A DNA stretch of 64,000 bases from positions 1,302,001 to 1,366,000 of the forward strand of contig OZ287085.1 in assembly GCA_965645245.1 (NCBI GenBank), in the 5' to 3' direction. This document shows, in pieces, positions 36,332 to 47,956 of this stretch. How positions within the stretch are numbered: position 1 is the first letter of the stretch; each line of letters begins with the position of its first letter. A program made the position numbers and the translations under genes. This stretch comes from Massalongia carnosa (taxonomy: Eukaryota). Under the pieces are notes generated by a model. That model was not told the origin of the DNA. It saw only the letters and a program-made list of their open reading frames with translations, and did not search any database.

Positions 36332-37978
36332 ATGAGCTCAAAAACGCCCATGACAGCAAGAAAAGTCGGAGCCCCTCCCACGGAGGCTCAGACTGGTCCA
36401 GCATTTAACACCCGCGCTCGTTCCGCCTCCCGCCATTCGTGTCGTTCGGATAGCAGTATGCCAGGAACGTTCGAAGACTCCGAGCTACTGCAGAACGAGC
36501 AAATGAGAGAAACCACGGAGGGGACGTGGGAAAAAACCTCAAGAGCAGGGCGCGGAAAAGAAAAGGAAATTTTCCAAACAATAGACGTCTCCAACCACCC
36601 ATACTACGAACAGGATGCAGCGGAGCATCCGTCTCTCGTCGTGGCACACAACTTGAAAGAATTGCAGAGCATCTTGCGAGATGAGAAAGAAGGACCCCGA
36701 TGGTACGATTTTCTCGCGAGCGCGCTCGAATACGATAAGACCCTATTCGAAAAATACATCTCTATGCAGAACGATCAGGAGAAGCTTGCCGAAGCAAAAA
36801 AGATCAACAGACGTTACAAGCAAGTAAATGAACGTCTCATCGCAGAAAAGGATGATGCCGAACGAGAGGCCCTTCTCGCGCAAGAAGAACTCTCGCATAG
36901 AGATATCGAATTGGAGACAACGACTCTAGCAAAAGAGAGATTACAGAAAGACAGAGACTCCTTGATCCGCCAGTTTGCGGAAACACAGGAAACACCACGT
37001 CAGCAACGGGAAGACACCGTTGCTACCTCAAGCACTAACTACAATCCTCAGAATTGGCGACCTCGTGGTATAAACCCTAGCAAGCCACTAAAAGGTGAAG
37101 ACTCGGAGGAGTATAGCCCTTGGGCGTACTCCGTCCGCAACAAACTGAAGACAGACGCACCCCTCTACGCCGACGAGAGTGAAAAGGTCGGTTACGCGCT
37201 GTCTCAAATGGAAGCGCCGATCTTCGGGGCTATGCATTCTTGGGTAGCGGATATGGGAGACTCACTATCGGCCGATGCTTTGTTCGAAGAGATAGAACAC
37301 TACATGGGCATCCACCTCCAGAGCCGCGACGCCAAGAAAGAACTCCTCACCGTCACCATGAAAGGGGGCGAAAGCGTCAGCGAGTATTACCACCGAATCT
37401 TCAAGCTATGGCAGAAAGCCAAAACTCCCGTTGACGAGCGAATTGAAAAGTTCCTCGTGACGTTAAAGCCTAGCATCTCCAGCTCTCTTATGGGTTCCGT
37501 CTTTACCGATTTCCGCCCTCTACTTGACGAAGCACGAAGAATCGAAGACCGCCGCAAAGATGTGGCACATCACTTTCCCCGCCCCGATAAACCAGCTGCA
37601 ACGAAGAACTCCGGCCAACGAAGCAACTTCTCCGGTGGACAGTCCTCAAACCAATCCTCCGGTGGAAAGTCCGTCTCAGCCTCCACCAACCAGATCAACT
37701 CCAGAAAATCGGACGATCGGCCAAACGCGAAGCTGACGCCAACAATAGTCAAGCCGGCCGGTTGGGTAGGCACGTGGTACGATCCAGACCCGAACCCAAA
37801 GAAGCTGAAGGATGACGATCGTGAGTCCCTCTCCCGCCAACGCCGATGCTGGGCATGTAGGGGATCGGGACATCGAGGACACGATACCATCTGTCCTCAA
37901 TACAAGGACAAGAATCTGAGCACCATGGGAACTGTAGAAACAGATTCAGGAACGGAATCTGATGCGGGAAAAGTCTAG
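36332..37978 (+). CDS. gag: Gypsy Gag
   Basis: 548-aa ORF; coiled coil, capsid-like region (ESVSEYYHRIF), zinc knuckle CWACRGSGHRGHDTIC. Confidence 0.93.
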   Translation: MSSKTPMTARKVGAPPTEAQTGPAFNTRARSASRHSCRSDSSMPGTFEDSELLQNEQMRETTEGTWEKTSRAGRGKEKEIFQTIDVSNHPYYEQDAAEHPSLVVAHNLKELQSILRDEKEGPRWYDFLASALEYDKTLFEKYISMQNDQEKLAEAKKINRRYKQVNERLIAEKDDAEREALLAQEELSHRDIELETTTLAKERLQKDRDSLIRQFAETQETPRQQREDTVATSSTNYNPQNWRPRGINPSKPLKGEDSEEYSPWAYSVRNKLKTDAPLYADESEKVGYALSQMEAPIFGAMHSWVADMGDSLSADALFEEIEHYMGIHLQSRDAKKELLTVTMKGGESVSEYYHRIFKLWQKAKTPVDERIEKFLVTLKPSISSSLMGSVFTDFRPLLDEARRIEDRRKDVAHHFPRPDKPAATKNSGQRSNFSGGQSSNQSSGGKSVSASTNQINSRKSDDRPNAKLTPTIVKPAGWVGTWYDPDPNPKKLKDDDRESLSRQRRCWACRGSGHRGHDTICPQYKDKNLSTMGTVETDSGTESDAGKV

Positions 37979-38003
37979 TCCTTGATCAAAATCGCGATCA
38001 AGG
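37966..38003 (+). promoter_or_regulatory. -1 programmed ribosomal frameshift signal
   Basis: Slippery heptamer G GGA AAA (37966-37972) in gag frame, 7-nt spacer, hairpin CCTTGATC-8nt-GATCAAGG; -1 frame is open into pol. Confidence 0.8.
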
Positions 38004-41000
38004 GCGTACAAATAAGGAGGTTGTTAGTGAGAACAGTGACACTGAAATGAAGATGATTAGGGTCTCTACTTGTGCTGTCCGCGATACTGAAAAGAAAATC
38101 GAGGGCAAGCATTTAGTTTTTAAAACTAGCATAGCTGGAATTAAAACCCGTTTACTGATCGATAATGGAAGTGAAGCTGAACTCATTGACGAATCCTTTG
38201 TGCGTAAACACAAATTGAACACCTTCAAACTGGATAAGAAGGTGAAACTTACTTTGGGAAATGGAGAGGTAGTACAGCTCCTCTCGAAGACCGCCTTGAT
38301 CGACGTGAAAATTGGAGATCACGAAGAGCAAGTCTTATGTTATTTAGCAAAACTAGAAGCGTACGCAGTCATTCTAGGGGATGGATGGCTGCAAACGCAC
38401 AACCCAATGATCAATTGGAAAGAGAGAACGATGAAGTTCAACTCATCTGATTGCCTCGAAAAGGGATGTCTTACACGAGGGATAAGTTGCACCGAATTCG
38501 CTGTGGGAGGCAGGGTTAAGAATAGGACCGAGCCTAAAGAAGATATCGAAGTTCTCCCAGTCAACGCAAAACACTTCTTTCGAATGGTCAGAAAGAAGGA
38601 TCACGAGGGTTACCTATGGGTTCCTCGAGAAACAAAGAAGGCCTTATGCGCAACTATCACCGGAGCAGTGACATCGGGAGATTACGACAAGTTCATGAAG
38701 GGAAAACCGGAATACACCCGAGAGGAGTTGTTGAAGAGAGTCCCAGCAGCTTATCACAGCGTAATAGATGTCTTCATGAAGCACAAGGCAGACGAACTGC
38801 CCGAACATCGAAAGGAGGATCACCAGATAATCCTCGAAGCAGGAAAAGAGGCTCCGTACGTGAGGAACTACAAGCCCATGTCAGAACAAGAACTGGAAGC
38901 AGTTAAAAAATACATCGATGAACATCTGGAAAAAGGTTTCATCCGTCCTAGCTCTTCAAGCGCAGCAGCCCCCGTTCTTCTAGTTAGGAAACCAGGGGGT
39001 GGCCTAAGATTCTGCGTAGATTATAGAGCCTTGAACTCCATCACCATCAAGAACAGGTATCCAATACCGTTGATAAATGAGACATTGGGAAAACTGTCGC
39101 AAGCCAAGAAGTTCACGAAACTGGATGTGATTAGCGCGTTCAATCGTATGAGAATGAAAGAAGGCCATGAGTGGCTCACAGCTTTCAATACCAGATATGG
39201 TCAGTTCGAATATCTGGTGATGCCATTCGGTCTCTGCAACGCTCCAGGGACTTTTCAAAGCTTCATCAACGACACAGTCAGAGAATATTTAGACGTTTTC
39301 TGCACGGCGTATTTAGACGATGTCTTGATTTACAGCGAAAACGAAGAAGAGCATTCCGAACAAGTGTTAATAGTCCTAACTCGATTGAAAGAGAAAGGAC
39401 TGCAAGTGGATATAGACAAATGCGAATTCTCCGTAACGAAGGTAAAGTATCTTGGACTGATAGTCACCACCGAGGGGATAAAAATGGACCCGGAGAAAAT
39501 CGAGGCGATTCTAAAATGGGAGACCCCAGGATCCGTCAAAGACGTGCAAGCATTCTTAGGCTTTGCGAATTTTTATCGACGATTTATATCGAGGTTTTCG
39601 CAACGAACGAGACCATTAACAGAGTTAACGAAGGGTGAACAAATAACAACTAAATCAGGAAAGAAACGAACCAAGTATAACTCGTTCGTTTGGTCCGAAG
39701 ATTGTCAGAAAGCCTTCGAAGATTTAAAGAATGCATTCACCACCGCTCCCGTTTTAGCACATTACGACCCGGCCTTGGAAACGTGGGTCGAGACTGACTC
39801 TTCAGATTTCGTTAGCGCCGGAGTACTCTCTCAAATGCACGACGGAGTACTGAAACCAGTGGCTTATTTCTCCAAAAAGATGACCCCTGCCGAGTGTAAC
39901 TATATGATTTACGATAAGGAGCTCCTCGCAATTGTAAAGAGCTTCGAAGTCTGGCGTCCCGAAGTTGCAAGTGCTGCTCCTGACAAACCCGTTAAAGTAT
40001 ACACCGATCACAAGAATTTGGAGCATTTTATGACGACAAAGCAGCTAAACAGAAGACAAGCCAGATGGGCTGAATTTCTTTCCGAGTTTAATTTCAAGAT
40101 AATGTATCGACCGGGGAAGCAAGGAGAAAAACCGGACACGCTGACCCGACGCTCTCAAGATCTCCCGAAGGGATTCGAAGATATCAGAGAGCAACATCAA
40201 TTTCAAACGTTGTTGCAGGAGCATCAACTAGATGACGATATACGAAAAGCGTTAGCGGTCGTGTTCTGCGCAAACACGATAGACGACGATAACGATAACG
40301 ATCAAGATGATCGAAGCGTAGCCACTGAGGAAGACGCAACAGAATCAGAGGAACCTAACGCAGAACATACACCAGTGACCGACGTGACCGAGAGCTCGAT
40401 AACGAAGACCTTGGAAGAACTAATAGAAGAGGCTTACGAAAAGGACGAAACGGTTCAAGACATAATAGCAGCAAAGAAGAAGGAACTGAGAAAACTCCCA
40501 CTGAACCTCATAAAAAGAGGGATAAAGCTAGCCATGGGGGACCTCAAATTAGAAAACGACAAGCTGTATGTCAAAGGAAGATTATACGTACCAGATCACG
40601 AGTCATTGCAATTGCATTTACTGCAAAAGCATCACGAACCACCATTACAGGGCCATCCGGGATACAAAAGTATGTATCAAATAATGAGAGAAAATTACTT
40701 CTGGTTCGACATGAAGGAGCACTGCAAGAGATACGCCGTGAACTGCTCAGTATGTCGTAGATCAAAAGCATACAACGACAAGAAGCAGGGACTGTTGAAT
40801 CCTCTCCCCATCCCGAATAGAAAATGGATGGACGTATCATTGGACTTCGTTGAATTTCTTCCAGAATGCCGAAGACGGAACAGAGTCTATCAGCACATAT
40901 TGGTGATAGTAGATCGTTTAACGAAAAGACGATTATACGAACCACTAACATCTCTCTCTACTGACGAACTGATGGACGCGATGTCCAGAAGATTATTCTC

Positions 41001-41979
41001 CTCTTACGGATTCCCTATATCAACAGTCAACGATCGCGGTAGTCAACTAACCGCTCACTTATGGAAAAGAGTTTGCGAAAGATACGGGGTGAGAATAAAA
41101 TTCTCTTCCGCACATCACCCCGAAACAGACGGTCAAACCGAGAACGCCAACAAGGTGATGAAGAACTACCTCCGAGCGTACGTCAGTTACACACAAGACA
41201 ACTGGGTGGATTATCTCTCGGACGCAGAGTTTGCCGCCAACAATCATGTAAATGTATCTACGGGAATGACCCCATTCTTCGCAGATCATGGCTTTCATCC
41301 GCGCTGTGGCATCGAACCACCAGGCACATATGAAGGAAAAGGAAGAGCGGAGATACTGCACGCTGACAAGATCATAGAACGACAGGAAGCCATGCGAACC
41401 TGGCTTCGAGATCAATTAGCCTGGGCTCAGGAAGAACAAACAAGGCATGCAAACAAAGGCCGCCAACCTCATCCCGAATACAAGGTCGGGGACATGGTTT
41501 ATGTTAACGCCAAACATTTCGCTTTCGAAAGACCCAGCAGATCGTTAAGTTTCAAGAACGCAGGCCCGTGGAAGATAATAAGAATTATCGACAATAAAGC
41601 CTACGAACTAGAGATCCCGGATCAGTTAAAGAACGTTGATCTTACTTCCATCTTTCATCCATGGAAGCTACATCTAGCACCTTCCAATCCATTCCCAGGT
41701 CAAGTCTTACCGCCCGGACCGCCCATAGCCATTGTCGAGAACGACGAAGAGGAGGCTCACGAAGAGTGGGAAGTCCTTGAAATAGTAGACTGCCGCGAAA
41801 CAAGGAAATTCGGAGTGCAGTACAAAGCAACTTTCGTCGGCAACTGGGACGAATGGAATGCGAACCCTTACTGGCAATCATGGACCGACTTCAAGAACTC
41901 CAAGGATAAAATCCTTCAATATCATCGCGAACACCCACATAAGCCGAAACCACCAGAAGACCTGACAGAAACAGGCTAG
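37966..41979 (+). CDS. pol: Gypsy Pol (protease, RT, RNase H, integrase, chromodomain)
   Basis: LLIDNGSE, LRFCVDYRALN, YLDDVLIY, ETDSSD/YDKELLAI, HHPETDGQTE, GPWKI, EEWEVLEIVDCR chromodomain; 1310-aa ORF from ATG 38047. Confidence 0.95.
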   Translation, partial: GKSLVLDQNRDQGRTNKEVVSENSDTEMKMIRVSTCAVRDTEKKIEGKHLVFKTSIAGIKTRLLIDNGSEAELIDESFVRKHKLNTFKLDKKVKLTLGNGEVVQLLSKTALIDVKIGDHEEQVLCYLAKLEAYAVILGDGWLQTHNPMINWKERTMKFNSSDCLEKGCLTRGISCTEFAVGGRVKNRTEPKEDIEVLPVNAKHFFRMVRKKDHEGYLWVPRETKKALCATITGAVTSGDYDKFMKGKPEYTREELLKRVPAAYHSVIDVFMKHKADELPEHRKEDHQIILEAGKEAPYVRNYKPMSEQELEAVKKYIDEHLEKGFIRPSSSSAAAPVLLVRKPGGGLRFCVDYRALNSITIKNRYPIPLINETLGKLSQAKKFTKLDVISAFNRMRMKEGHEWLTAFNTRYGQFEYLVMPFGLCNAPGTFQSFINDTVREYLDVFCTAYLDDVLIYSENEEEHSEQVLIVLTRLKEKGLQVDIDKCEFSVTKVKYLGLIVTTEGIKMDPEKIEAILKWETPGSVKDVQAFLGFANFYRRFISRFSQRTRPLTELTKGEQITTKSGKKRTKYNSFVWSEDCQKAFEDLKNAFTTAPVLAHYDPALETWVETDSSDFVSAGVLSQMHDGVLKPVAYFSKKMTPAECNYMIYDKELLAIVKSFEVWRPEVASAAPDKPVKVYTDHKNLEHFMTTKQLNRRQARWAEFLSEFNFKIMYRPGKQGEKPDTLTRRSQDLPKGFEDIREQHQFQTLLQEHQLDDDIRKALAVVFCANTIDDDNDNDQDDRSVATEEDATESEEPNAEHTPVTDVTESSITKTLEELIEEAYEKDETVQDIIAAKKKELRKLPLNLIKRGIKLAMGDLKLENDKLYVKGRLYVPDHESLQLHLLQKHHEPPLQGHPGYKSMYQIMRENYFWFDMKEHCKRYAVNCSVCRRSKAYNDKKQGLLNPLPIPNRKWMDVSLDFVEFLPECRRRNRVYQHILVIVDRLTKRRLYEPLTSLSTDELMDAMSRRLFSSYGFPISTVNDRGSQLTAHLWKRVCERYGVRIKFSSAHHPETDGQTENANKVMKNYLRAYVSYTQDNWVDYLSDAEFAANNHVNVSTGMTPFFADHGFHPRCGIEPPGTYEGKGRAEILHADKIIERQEAMRTWLRDQLAWAQEEQTRHANKGRQPHPEYKVGDMVYVNAKHFAFERPSRSLSFKNAGPWKIIRIIDNKAYELEIPDQLKNVDLTSIFHPWKLHLAPSNPFPGQVLPPGPPIAIVENDEEEAHEEWEVLEIVDCRETRKFGVQYKATFVGNWDEWNANPYWQSWTDFKNSKDKILQYHREHPHKPKPPEDLTETG

Positions 41980-43669
41980 CTGACAGGGCGCCTGCCACTT
42001 AGCGCTTCGGAGACCTCGCCCATAGAAGGGGGGGATAGTGTCAGGGTCCTAGCCTGACATAGAGATAGAAGGTTGACCTTAGAGGTGTTCGAGGTAACCG
42101 GTTAGGCTTAGCGCCAGCCGAGATAGAAAGAGGGATCACGGGATCGCGCGAGGCTAGCGCGACACTCGACGCAGATATTTCTAGCGAGTCGCGCACAATA
42201 ATTCTTTTCTTTCTTTGTAGATAAATTTTAGTTTAATAGCGGTTGAAAAGAATCGACGACAGCTACCTTACAATCAGTGCCTGGTCACGTTCTTTACCTT
42301 TCTCTAGCATGCTCCAAATTTGCTCCTCCACTAGTATATTATCAGCTTCCTGTCGCTCTTCCGCTAATGTATTCTCGACTTCCTCTCTCTCTTCCGATAA
42401 TGCATCGTCCTTTTCGTACGGAAAGTCATCAGAATCATAGCCCACTGGTGTTCTCTCCCCTTCCGAAAGTGATGTTGGCTCTCCTAATGGAATGCGTAGA
42501 GGAAGAGGACAGCGTCTTTGAGGATACGTCCATAATGGGCGGGTGAACAACTTTCTAAGAACTGAAGTATGCGACGATGGAGCTGGAGCGATATGCTCGA
42601 AATGAGGAACGATAATTTGATACTGTCGCTCTGTTAGATATCTTCGACCCTGCTCTCAATGATTAGCCATGAATTAATCTTAAAGTGAGTACGTACCTAT
42701 TTAGCATAAGTTTTCGTTTTTTGCGAGCATCTTCTTCGGAAAGCGACGTTTGTAATTTCTATGTTCCTGTAGTGTTCCAGCAAATGTCTGATTCATATCA
42801 AACCTTTGAAATTGTTGTAACTGTGCCTCGTCCATGTCTAATCATTCAATAGCCCAACGAGCATAGTTCTTCTGCTCTTCCTTAGCCTCATTCGATGAGT
42901 CTGTTACAATTGACGACGATTGAGATCGGAATGAGGAATCCATTTCACTCTCGAGAATAATATTTTTGTCGCGATGAGATGTAAAACCCTTGTCACTCTC
43001 GGTCCCAATGTCTTCATCTGCGAGACCTAAAAACAAAAGAACGATCTCTGAATCCATTCCAGTCACTTATGTCAGTATGAATACTCATATTGTCGCTCTT
43101 GCCGTCATGATTGCTGTCGCTATTATTGTCATTAGAGTCATTGTCATTCTCTTTATCAACTTCATCTTCGTTGTGACTCGATTGAGAGACAGAAGCAGTT
43201 TTGGATCTGTTGTAATGTGCAAAGTCACCCGGCTGATGCCTAGTAAAGTGTTCAGAGTCACATAGTACCGCATTGGGATTAGTGCGTTGGTAAGAACATT
43301 AGGCAACACATAACGACCTCGAGAAGCACCGCAAAACTTCTATGAACATTCCCATCGAGTCATAAATTGGATATGAGTCAATCACCAATCTTAGATTTCT
43401 AGGAAGCAGGAAGGTGAGTCATAGGGAGAACGGTTTTCGGCATGTTTTTCTATCTATATAAACACGGTCCTTAGATAGGTAGATAGAAATATCAATCGTT
43501 TCAAAAGTGAGCTTTTTACTATGCCAGCAGAGCTTCAATTACAATAGGTTATGAGCCCGGAAAGCAATTTTTTCTTCCGCATAAATTAATCTATCTATTC
43601 TGTTGTTTTTCAAAGTTACGAAGCCATACTTCTCTTCGTTCCATCCATCAGTTCTCCTATTATTGGACC

Positions 43670-46600
43670 ATGTCTGGAAAAGAGAGCGATTCCGCAGCTC
43701 CCGCGAAAGAGGGCACAACCCCTGATGGATCATATTCAAAAGCCATTCGAAAAGGAGACTATAAAGTAGAGCCGAAGCTTGGGTCCAACAACTATCTGAC
43801 CTGGGCCGATGACATGCAACTTCTTCTCAAATCTAAAAGGATGTGGAGGATAGTAAACGGGGCCATTTCTTCTCCAGACCCTGTCACCCATCCAAAAGAC
43901 TATGAGGAATGGTTTACTGATGACACTCAGGCACAGCTCTGGATCAGGGGCAATATAGAAAAGTCTCAATATGTCACTGTTAGGAACAAGGAGACCGCAA
44001 AGGATGTTTGGGCAGCATTGAGGAACGTCCATGGAGTCAAAGCCAAAAGCAGAATATGTGTGCTTCACAGAAAATTCTATACATATGAAATGTCAGTCGA
44101 TCAACCCATCGATGATGTCGCCAATGAATTGCAGAACCTTGCGATGGAAATCGCAGATATAAAGACTTCAGAACAGCCATCAGATCTGTCTGTGGCCATG
44201 ACCCTCATGAACGCCATTAAGGACCCAGCTTATGACACCGCGAAGTTCATCCTTGAAGACCTTGGTGATCCCACATTAGAAAAGACTCTGGAAAGCCTAA
44301 AACGGGTGGAGCAACGACTAAAAGATGGGCAAGAGACCGAGACGGCCAATAAGGCCATTAACAAGGGTAAGGCAATCCCCAAATGCTCACATTGCCCAAA
44401 GAGGCATAATAGCAATGATTGCTGGGACTGGCAGGACAACACAGATGAAGGTAAAAAATGGGTCAAAGAACACCCTAATGAGGTGAAACCTAGACCAGAA
44501 AATAACCGAAAACCAAAGAGTGATAACAAGCAGTCCAAAAACAAACCGAGAGGAAGGGGGGCAGCACGAGCAGCAAAGGATGAATCGAATAGTGATAGTG
44601 AGAATAGTGCGTGGATGGCGCAAGATGATCAACACTCACCTGGATGGGTAATCGACTCAGGAGCCTCCAGGCATATGACATACAACAAATCGATCTTCAC
44701 CCAAATCAAGCCATACCGGACCACCATTAGAATTGCAAACGGCGAAAAACTCTTCTCCGTAGGAGTAGGTACGATTTGCACCAATATCGATGGGAAAAAT
44801 ATCCGGATGACAAACGTTCTATTCGTGCCTGAACTAGACGTCAACTTGCTATCAATTGCAGCCCTTAATCGGAAGGGTTTGAACGTTTCATTTAACCGGA
44901 GAGGTGTCGAGATTTTCAGGGATGGTACTTTGGTCGCTACCGGAATTCTTAGGGGACGGGCGTACTTCCTCCACACATCTCATGTGGCCCTCGAAGCCCA
45001 TGATGAAAATGATGATTTAGATGGCCCCGAACCACCGGCAAACCTTAAATCAACCACATATCTGACCTCGCTTTCCTCCGGCGAAATTCAACCCAAAACT
45101 CCTCCTCCTATTACCCCTGACTGCATCGATAGCGATCCAGTGGGAGCACCCAAAGAGACCACCAATGAGGCCACCAATGAGGCCCAATATTGGTTATGGC
45201 ACACACGATTGGGGCACCCCAATGATATACGACTTCAACAAGCAACAGGGAAGAAATTTTCAAAGGCAATTCTGGACCTACCGTGCCAGATTTGCAATTT
45301 AACTAAGATGACCCGTACAATCAGCAAAATTCCTTTCTCGAAGGCAAATAGACCACTCGATAGAATACATACTGACGTTTGGGGTCCATATAAGAAGGCC
45401 AGTTTAGGTGGGCATACCTATTTCGTTTCTTTGATAGACGACTATACCCGAAAATCTTGGCTCTTCTGTATGAAAAGTAGGGCAGACATATACCGCATCA
45501 TAAAAGACTGGAAGGCAATGGTCGAGTTGGAAAAGGGGCTCAAAATCATTCGCTTTCGTGCTGATAATGCCAAAGAGTATAAATATCTCGCAGAGCAACT
45601 TCAGCCATTAGGAATTCGTATGGAGCCAACCACCGCATACACGCCCCAGCAGAACGGTGTCGCCGAAAGATTCAATAGAACCATTGTTCAAATGGTAAGG
45701 TCTATGTTGGTATGGGCCAAATTGCCACAATCTTTCTGGGGGGAAGCAGCAGTAGCAGCAAACCACCTCAGAAACTTCTTACCTACCACCAACACCACGT
45801 CGCCTAATGAGTCTTGGACCGGGCTAAGACCTAACATCAACACTCTTCGTACGTTCGGATGCGTCTCTTTTGTGCATGTCCCAAAGGAAAAACGCTCCAA
45901 ACTAGATAATGTGTCATATCAGGCAATATTCACCGGATATCATTCAAGCAATCAATATAGGTTATACAATGTGGAAACAAAAAAGGTGGAAATTCAGACT
46001 TCAATAAAGTTTGATGAAAAAAGACCGGGGGGATCCTTACTTACAAAAGGCCTATCATCCCCGTCCGTCGTCCTAAATGACGATGACTCTTCCGATGACA
46101 ATGAATCTTCACCACCAACCAACCACCCTACTACTGATCAAGTGGGAGTTCCTACTAATGGTGATCAGCACCAGGGCGATGGTATTCAGCATCAGGATGA
46201 TGATGCAGGTGCTCAGGATAATCTGCACCAAGATGATGCAGGTGCCCAGCACCAAAACAACCAAACTCAGGAGACAAATAGGACCCCTTCTTCATCACCT
46301 ACCAGACGTTCCAACCGCAGGAAAGATGTGTATAACCGATACGAATTCGATAACTCTTATGGAAACAAAAAGGACCGGGACCGGGCAAATATAGCAAAAC
46401 AACCATCCAAAGTGTACGAGCCGCAGTCATATAATCAGGCCATGCAATGCACTGACCATCGCAAATGGAAAATTGCTATTCAAGACGAATTAAATGCTCT
46501 CGCCGCCAATAATACATGGAAATATGTTGAAAGACCAGCAGATAAGAACATCATCACCGCTAGATGGGTCTTCAAAGTGAAATACACCCCTACTAACCAT

Positions 46601-47956
46601 GTTGACCGCTATAAAGCACGATTAGTAGCAAGGGGCTTCAAACAAATCCCCGGGACAGACTATGGGGACACGTTTTCACCCACCCTAAGGTATGAATCCT
46701 TACGAATGCTCCTATATTTCGCATGTAAATATAACTTCCATATTGAGCAAATGGACGCACCAAACGCATACTTGCAAAGCTCCCTAGATGACGAAATCTA
46801 TATGGAGCCTCCCCAAGGCTTGGTGCTTCCCCCACATCTGACGAACCATGTGTTGCGCGTTCTGAAAGGACTCTATGCTCTCAAACAATCTGGCCGAGGA
46901 TGGAATAAAAAGATAACCAATTATCTAACATCCATTGGTTTCAAAGCGCTCTCAGGAGACAATTGTGTGTTCGTTAATCACACTACCCACGTTATCATTA
47001 GCCTTTATGTTGATGATTTTCTGATATTTTCCAAAAGCATGACAGCCATAAAGGAGCTCAAAAGTCTACTAATAAAGGAATATAATATGAAAGACTTAGG
47101 GCCAGCAAAGTTCATCTTAGGGATTCGCATACGTCGCGAGAAAGACAAAATAATGATTGACCAATCATCTTACATTCGCAGCTTCCTGCAGAAATATAAG
47201 ATGGATAAAGCAAATTCAGTCCTTACCCCTATGATCAACTATGATGCATGCAGTCCTGCCATCGTCAACGAACCTAGGACAAACCACTTAGAATATCAAG
47301 AACGGATAGGGAGTTTGATGTTTTTGATGATCAACACGCGACCAGACATTGCCCAAGCAGTTGGAAAGCTTAGTCAATATACGCACGATCCAGCAATTAG
47401 GCACCGAAACGCGGTAGACCATCTCATAAAATATCTGAATGGGACCACGAATTTGGCACTTACCTACGAACCCAATGACACCGGACCCACTAGTTATGCT
47501 GATGCAGCGTATGGTGATAACCATGATAGAAAATCATCATATGGCCACGTTCTGATGCTAGGAAACGGGGCAGTTATATGGGCCAGTAAGAGGCAACGGT
47601 CAGTCGTCACATCCACCATGGAAGCAGAGTATTCTTCCATGTGCCAGGCTTCAAAAGATATAGTGTGGGCAACTAGATGGTTCGGAGAGTTGAACTTCTC
47701 CAAAGATATGAACCTACCAATTATCCTAAATGGCGACAACCAGGGTACGCTCGATTTGATAAAAAACCCTGAGCACCATAGTCGGTCCAAACATATGGAT
47801 ATTCAGCTTCATTATCTTCGGGAGGTCGTTGAAGACAACTATGCCACTATACAGCACGTATCCACTCACGATATGGTGGCAGATATCTTCACTAAACCAC
47901 TGGCGGCACCTATCTTTCGAAAGTTGCGCGAGAAATTAGGCCTAAGAGAGGCATAG
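43670..47956 (+). CDS. Copia gag-pol polyprotein, uninterrupted
   Basis: 1428-aa ORF: knuckle CSHCPKRHNSNDC, WVIDSGASRH, IHTDVWGP/RADNAKEY/NGVAER, YVDDFL, STMEAEY, ADIFTKPL; related to the element at 21940. Confidence 0.96.
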   Translation: MSGKESDSAAPAKEGTTPDGSYSKAIRKGDYKVEPKLGSNNYLTWADDMQLLLKSKRMWRIVNGAISSPDPVTHPKDYEEWFTDDTQAQLWIRGNIEKSQYVTVRNKETAKDVWAALRNVHGVKAKSRICVLHRKFYTYEMSVDQPIDDVANELQNLAMEIADIKTSEQPSDLSVAMTLMNAIKDPAYDTAKFILEDLGDPTLEKTLESLKRVEQRLKDGQETETANKAINKGKAIPKCSHCPKRHNSNDCWDWQDNTDEGKKWVKEHPNEVKPRPENNRKPKSDNKQSKNKPRGRGAARAAKDESNSDSENSAWMAQDDQHSPGWVIDSGASRHMTYNKSIFTQIKPYRTTIRIANGEKLFSVGVGTICTNIDGKNIRMTNVLFVPELDVNLLSIAALNRKGLNVSFNRRGVEIFRDGTLVATGILRGRAYFLHTSHVALEAHDENDDLDGPEPPANLKSTTYLTSLSSGEIQPKTPPPITPDCIDSDPVGAPKETTNEATNEAQYWLWHTRLGHPNDIRLQQATGKKFSKAILDLPCQICNLTKMTRTISKIPFSKANRPLDRIHTDVWGPYKKASLGGHTYFVSLIDDYTRKSWLFCMKSRADIYRIIKDWKAMVELEKGLKIIRFRADNAKEYKYLAEQLQPLGIRMEPTTAYTPQQNGVAERFNRTIVQMVRSMLVWAKLPQSFWGEAAVAANHLRNFLPTTNTTSPNESWTGLRPNINTLRTFGCVSFVHVPKEKRSKLDNVSYQAIFTGYHSSNQYRLYNVETKKVEIQTSIKFDEKRPGGSLLTKGLSSPSVVLNDDDSSDDNESSPPTNHPTTDQVGVPTNGDQHQGDGIQHQDDDAGAQDNLHQDDAGAQHQNNQTQETNRTPSSSPTRRSNRRKDVYNRYEFDNSYGNKKDRDRANIAKQPSKVYEPQSYNQAMQCTDHRKWKIAIQDELNALAANNTWKYVERPADKNIITARWVFKVKYTPTNHVDRYKARLVARGFKQIPGTDYGDTFSPTLRYESLRMLLYFACKYNFHIEQMDAPNAYLQSSLDDEIYMEPPQGLVLPPHLTNHVLRVLKGLYALKQSGRGWNKKITNYLTSIGFKALSGDNCVFVNHTTHVIISLYVDDFLIFSKSMTAIKELKSLLIKEYNMKDLGPAKFILGIRIRREKDKIMIDQSSYIRSFLQKYKMDKANSVLTPMINYDACSPAIVNEPRTNHLEYQERIGSLMFLMINTRPDIAQAVGKLSQYTHDPAIRHRNAVDHLIKYLNGTTNLALTYEPNDTGPTSYADAAYGDNHDRKSSYGHVLMLGNGAVIWASKRQRSVVTSTMEAEYSSMCQASKDIVWATRWFGELNFSKDMNLPIILNGDNQGTLDLIKNPEHHSRSKHMDIQLHYLREVVEDNYATIQHVSTHDMVADIFTKPLAAPIFRKLREKLGLREA

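Larger units (their letters stand above)
35885..42272 (+). mobile_element. Intact Ty3/gypsy chromovirus (LTRs 35885-36118 and 42039-42272)
   Basis: 234-bp TG..CA LTRs identical by eye; 5-bp TSD ATCAG (35880-35884, 42273-42277); PPT AGAAGGGGGGGA; open gag and pol. Confidence 0.97.
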
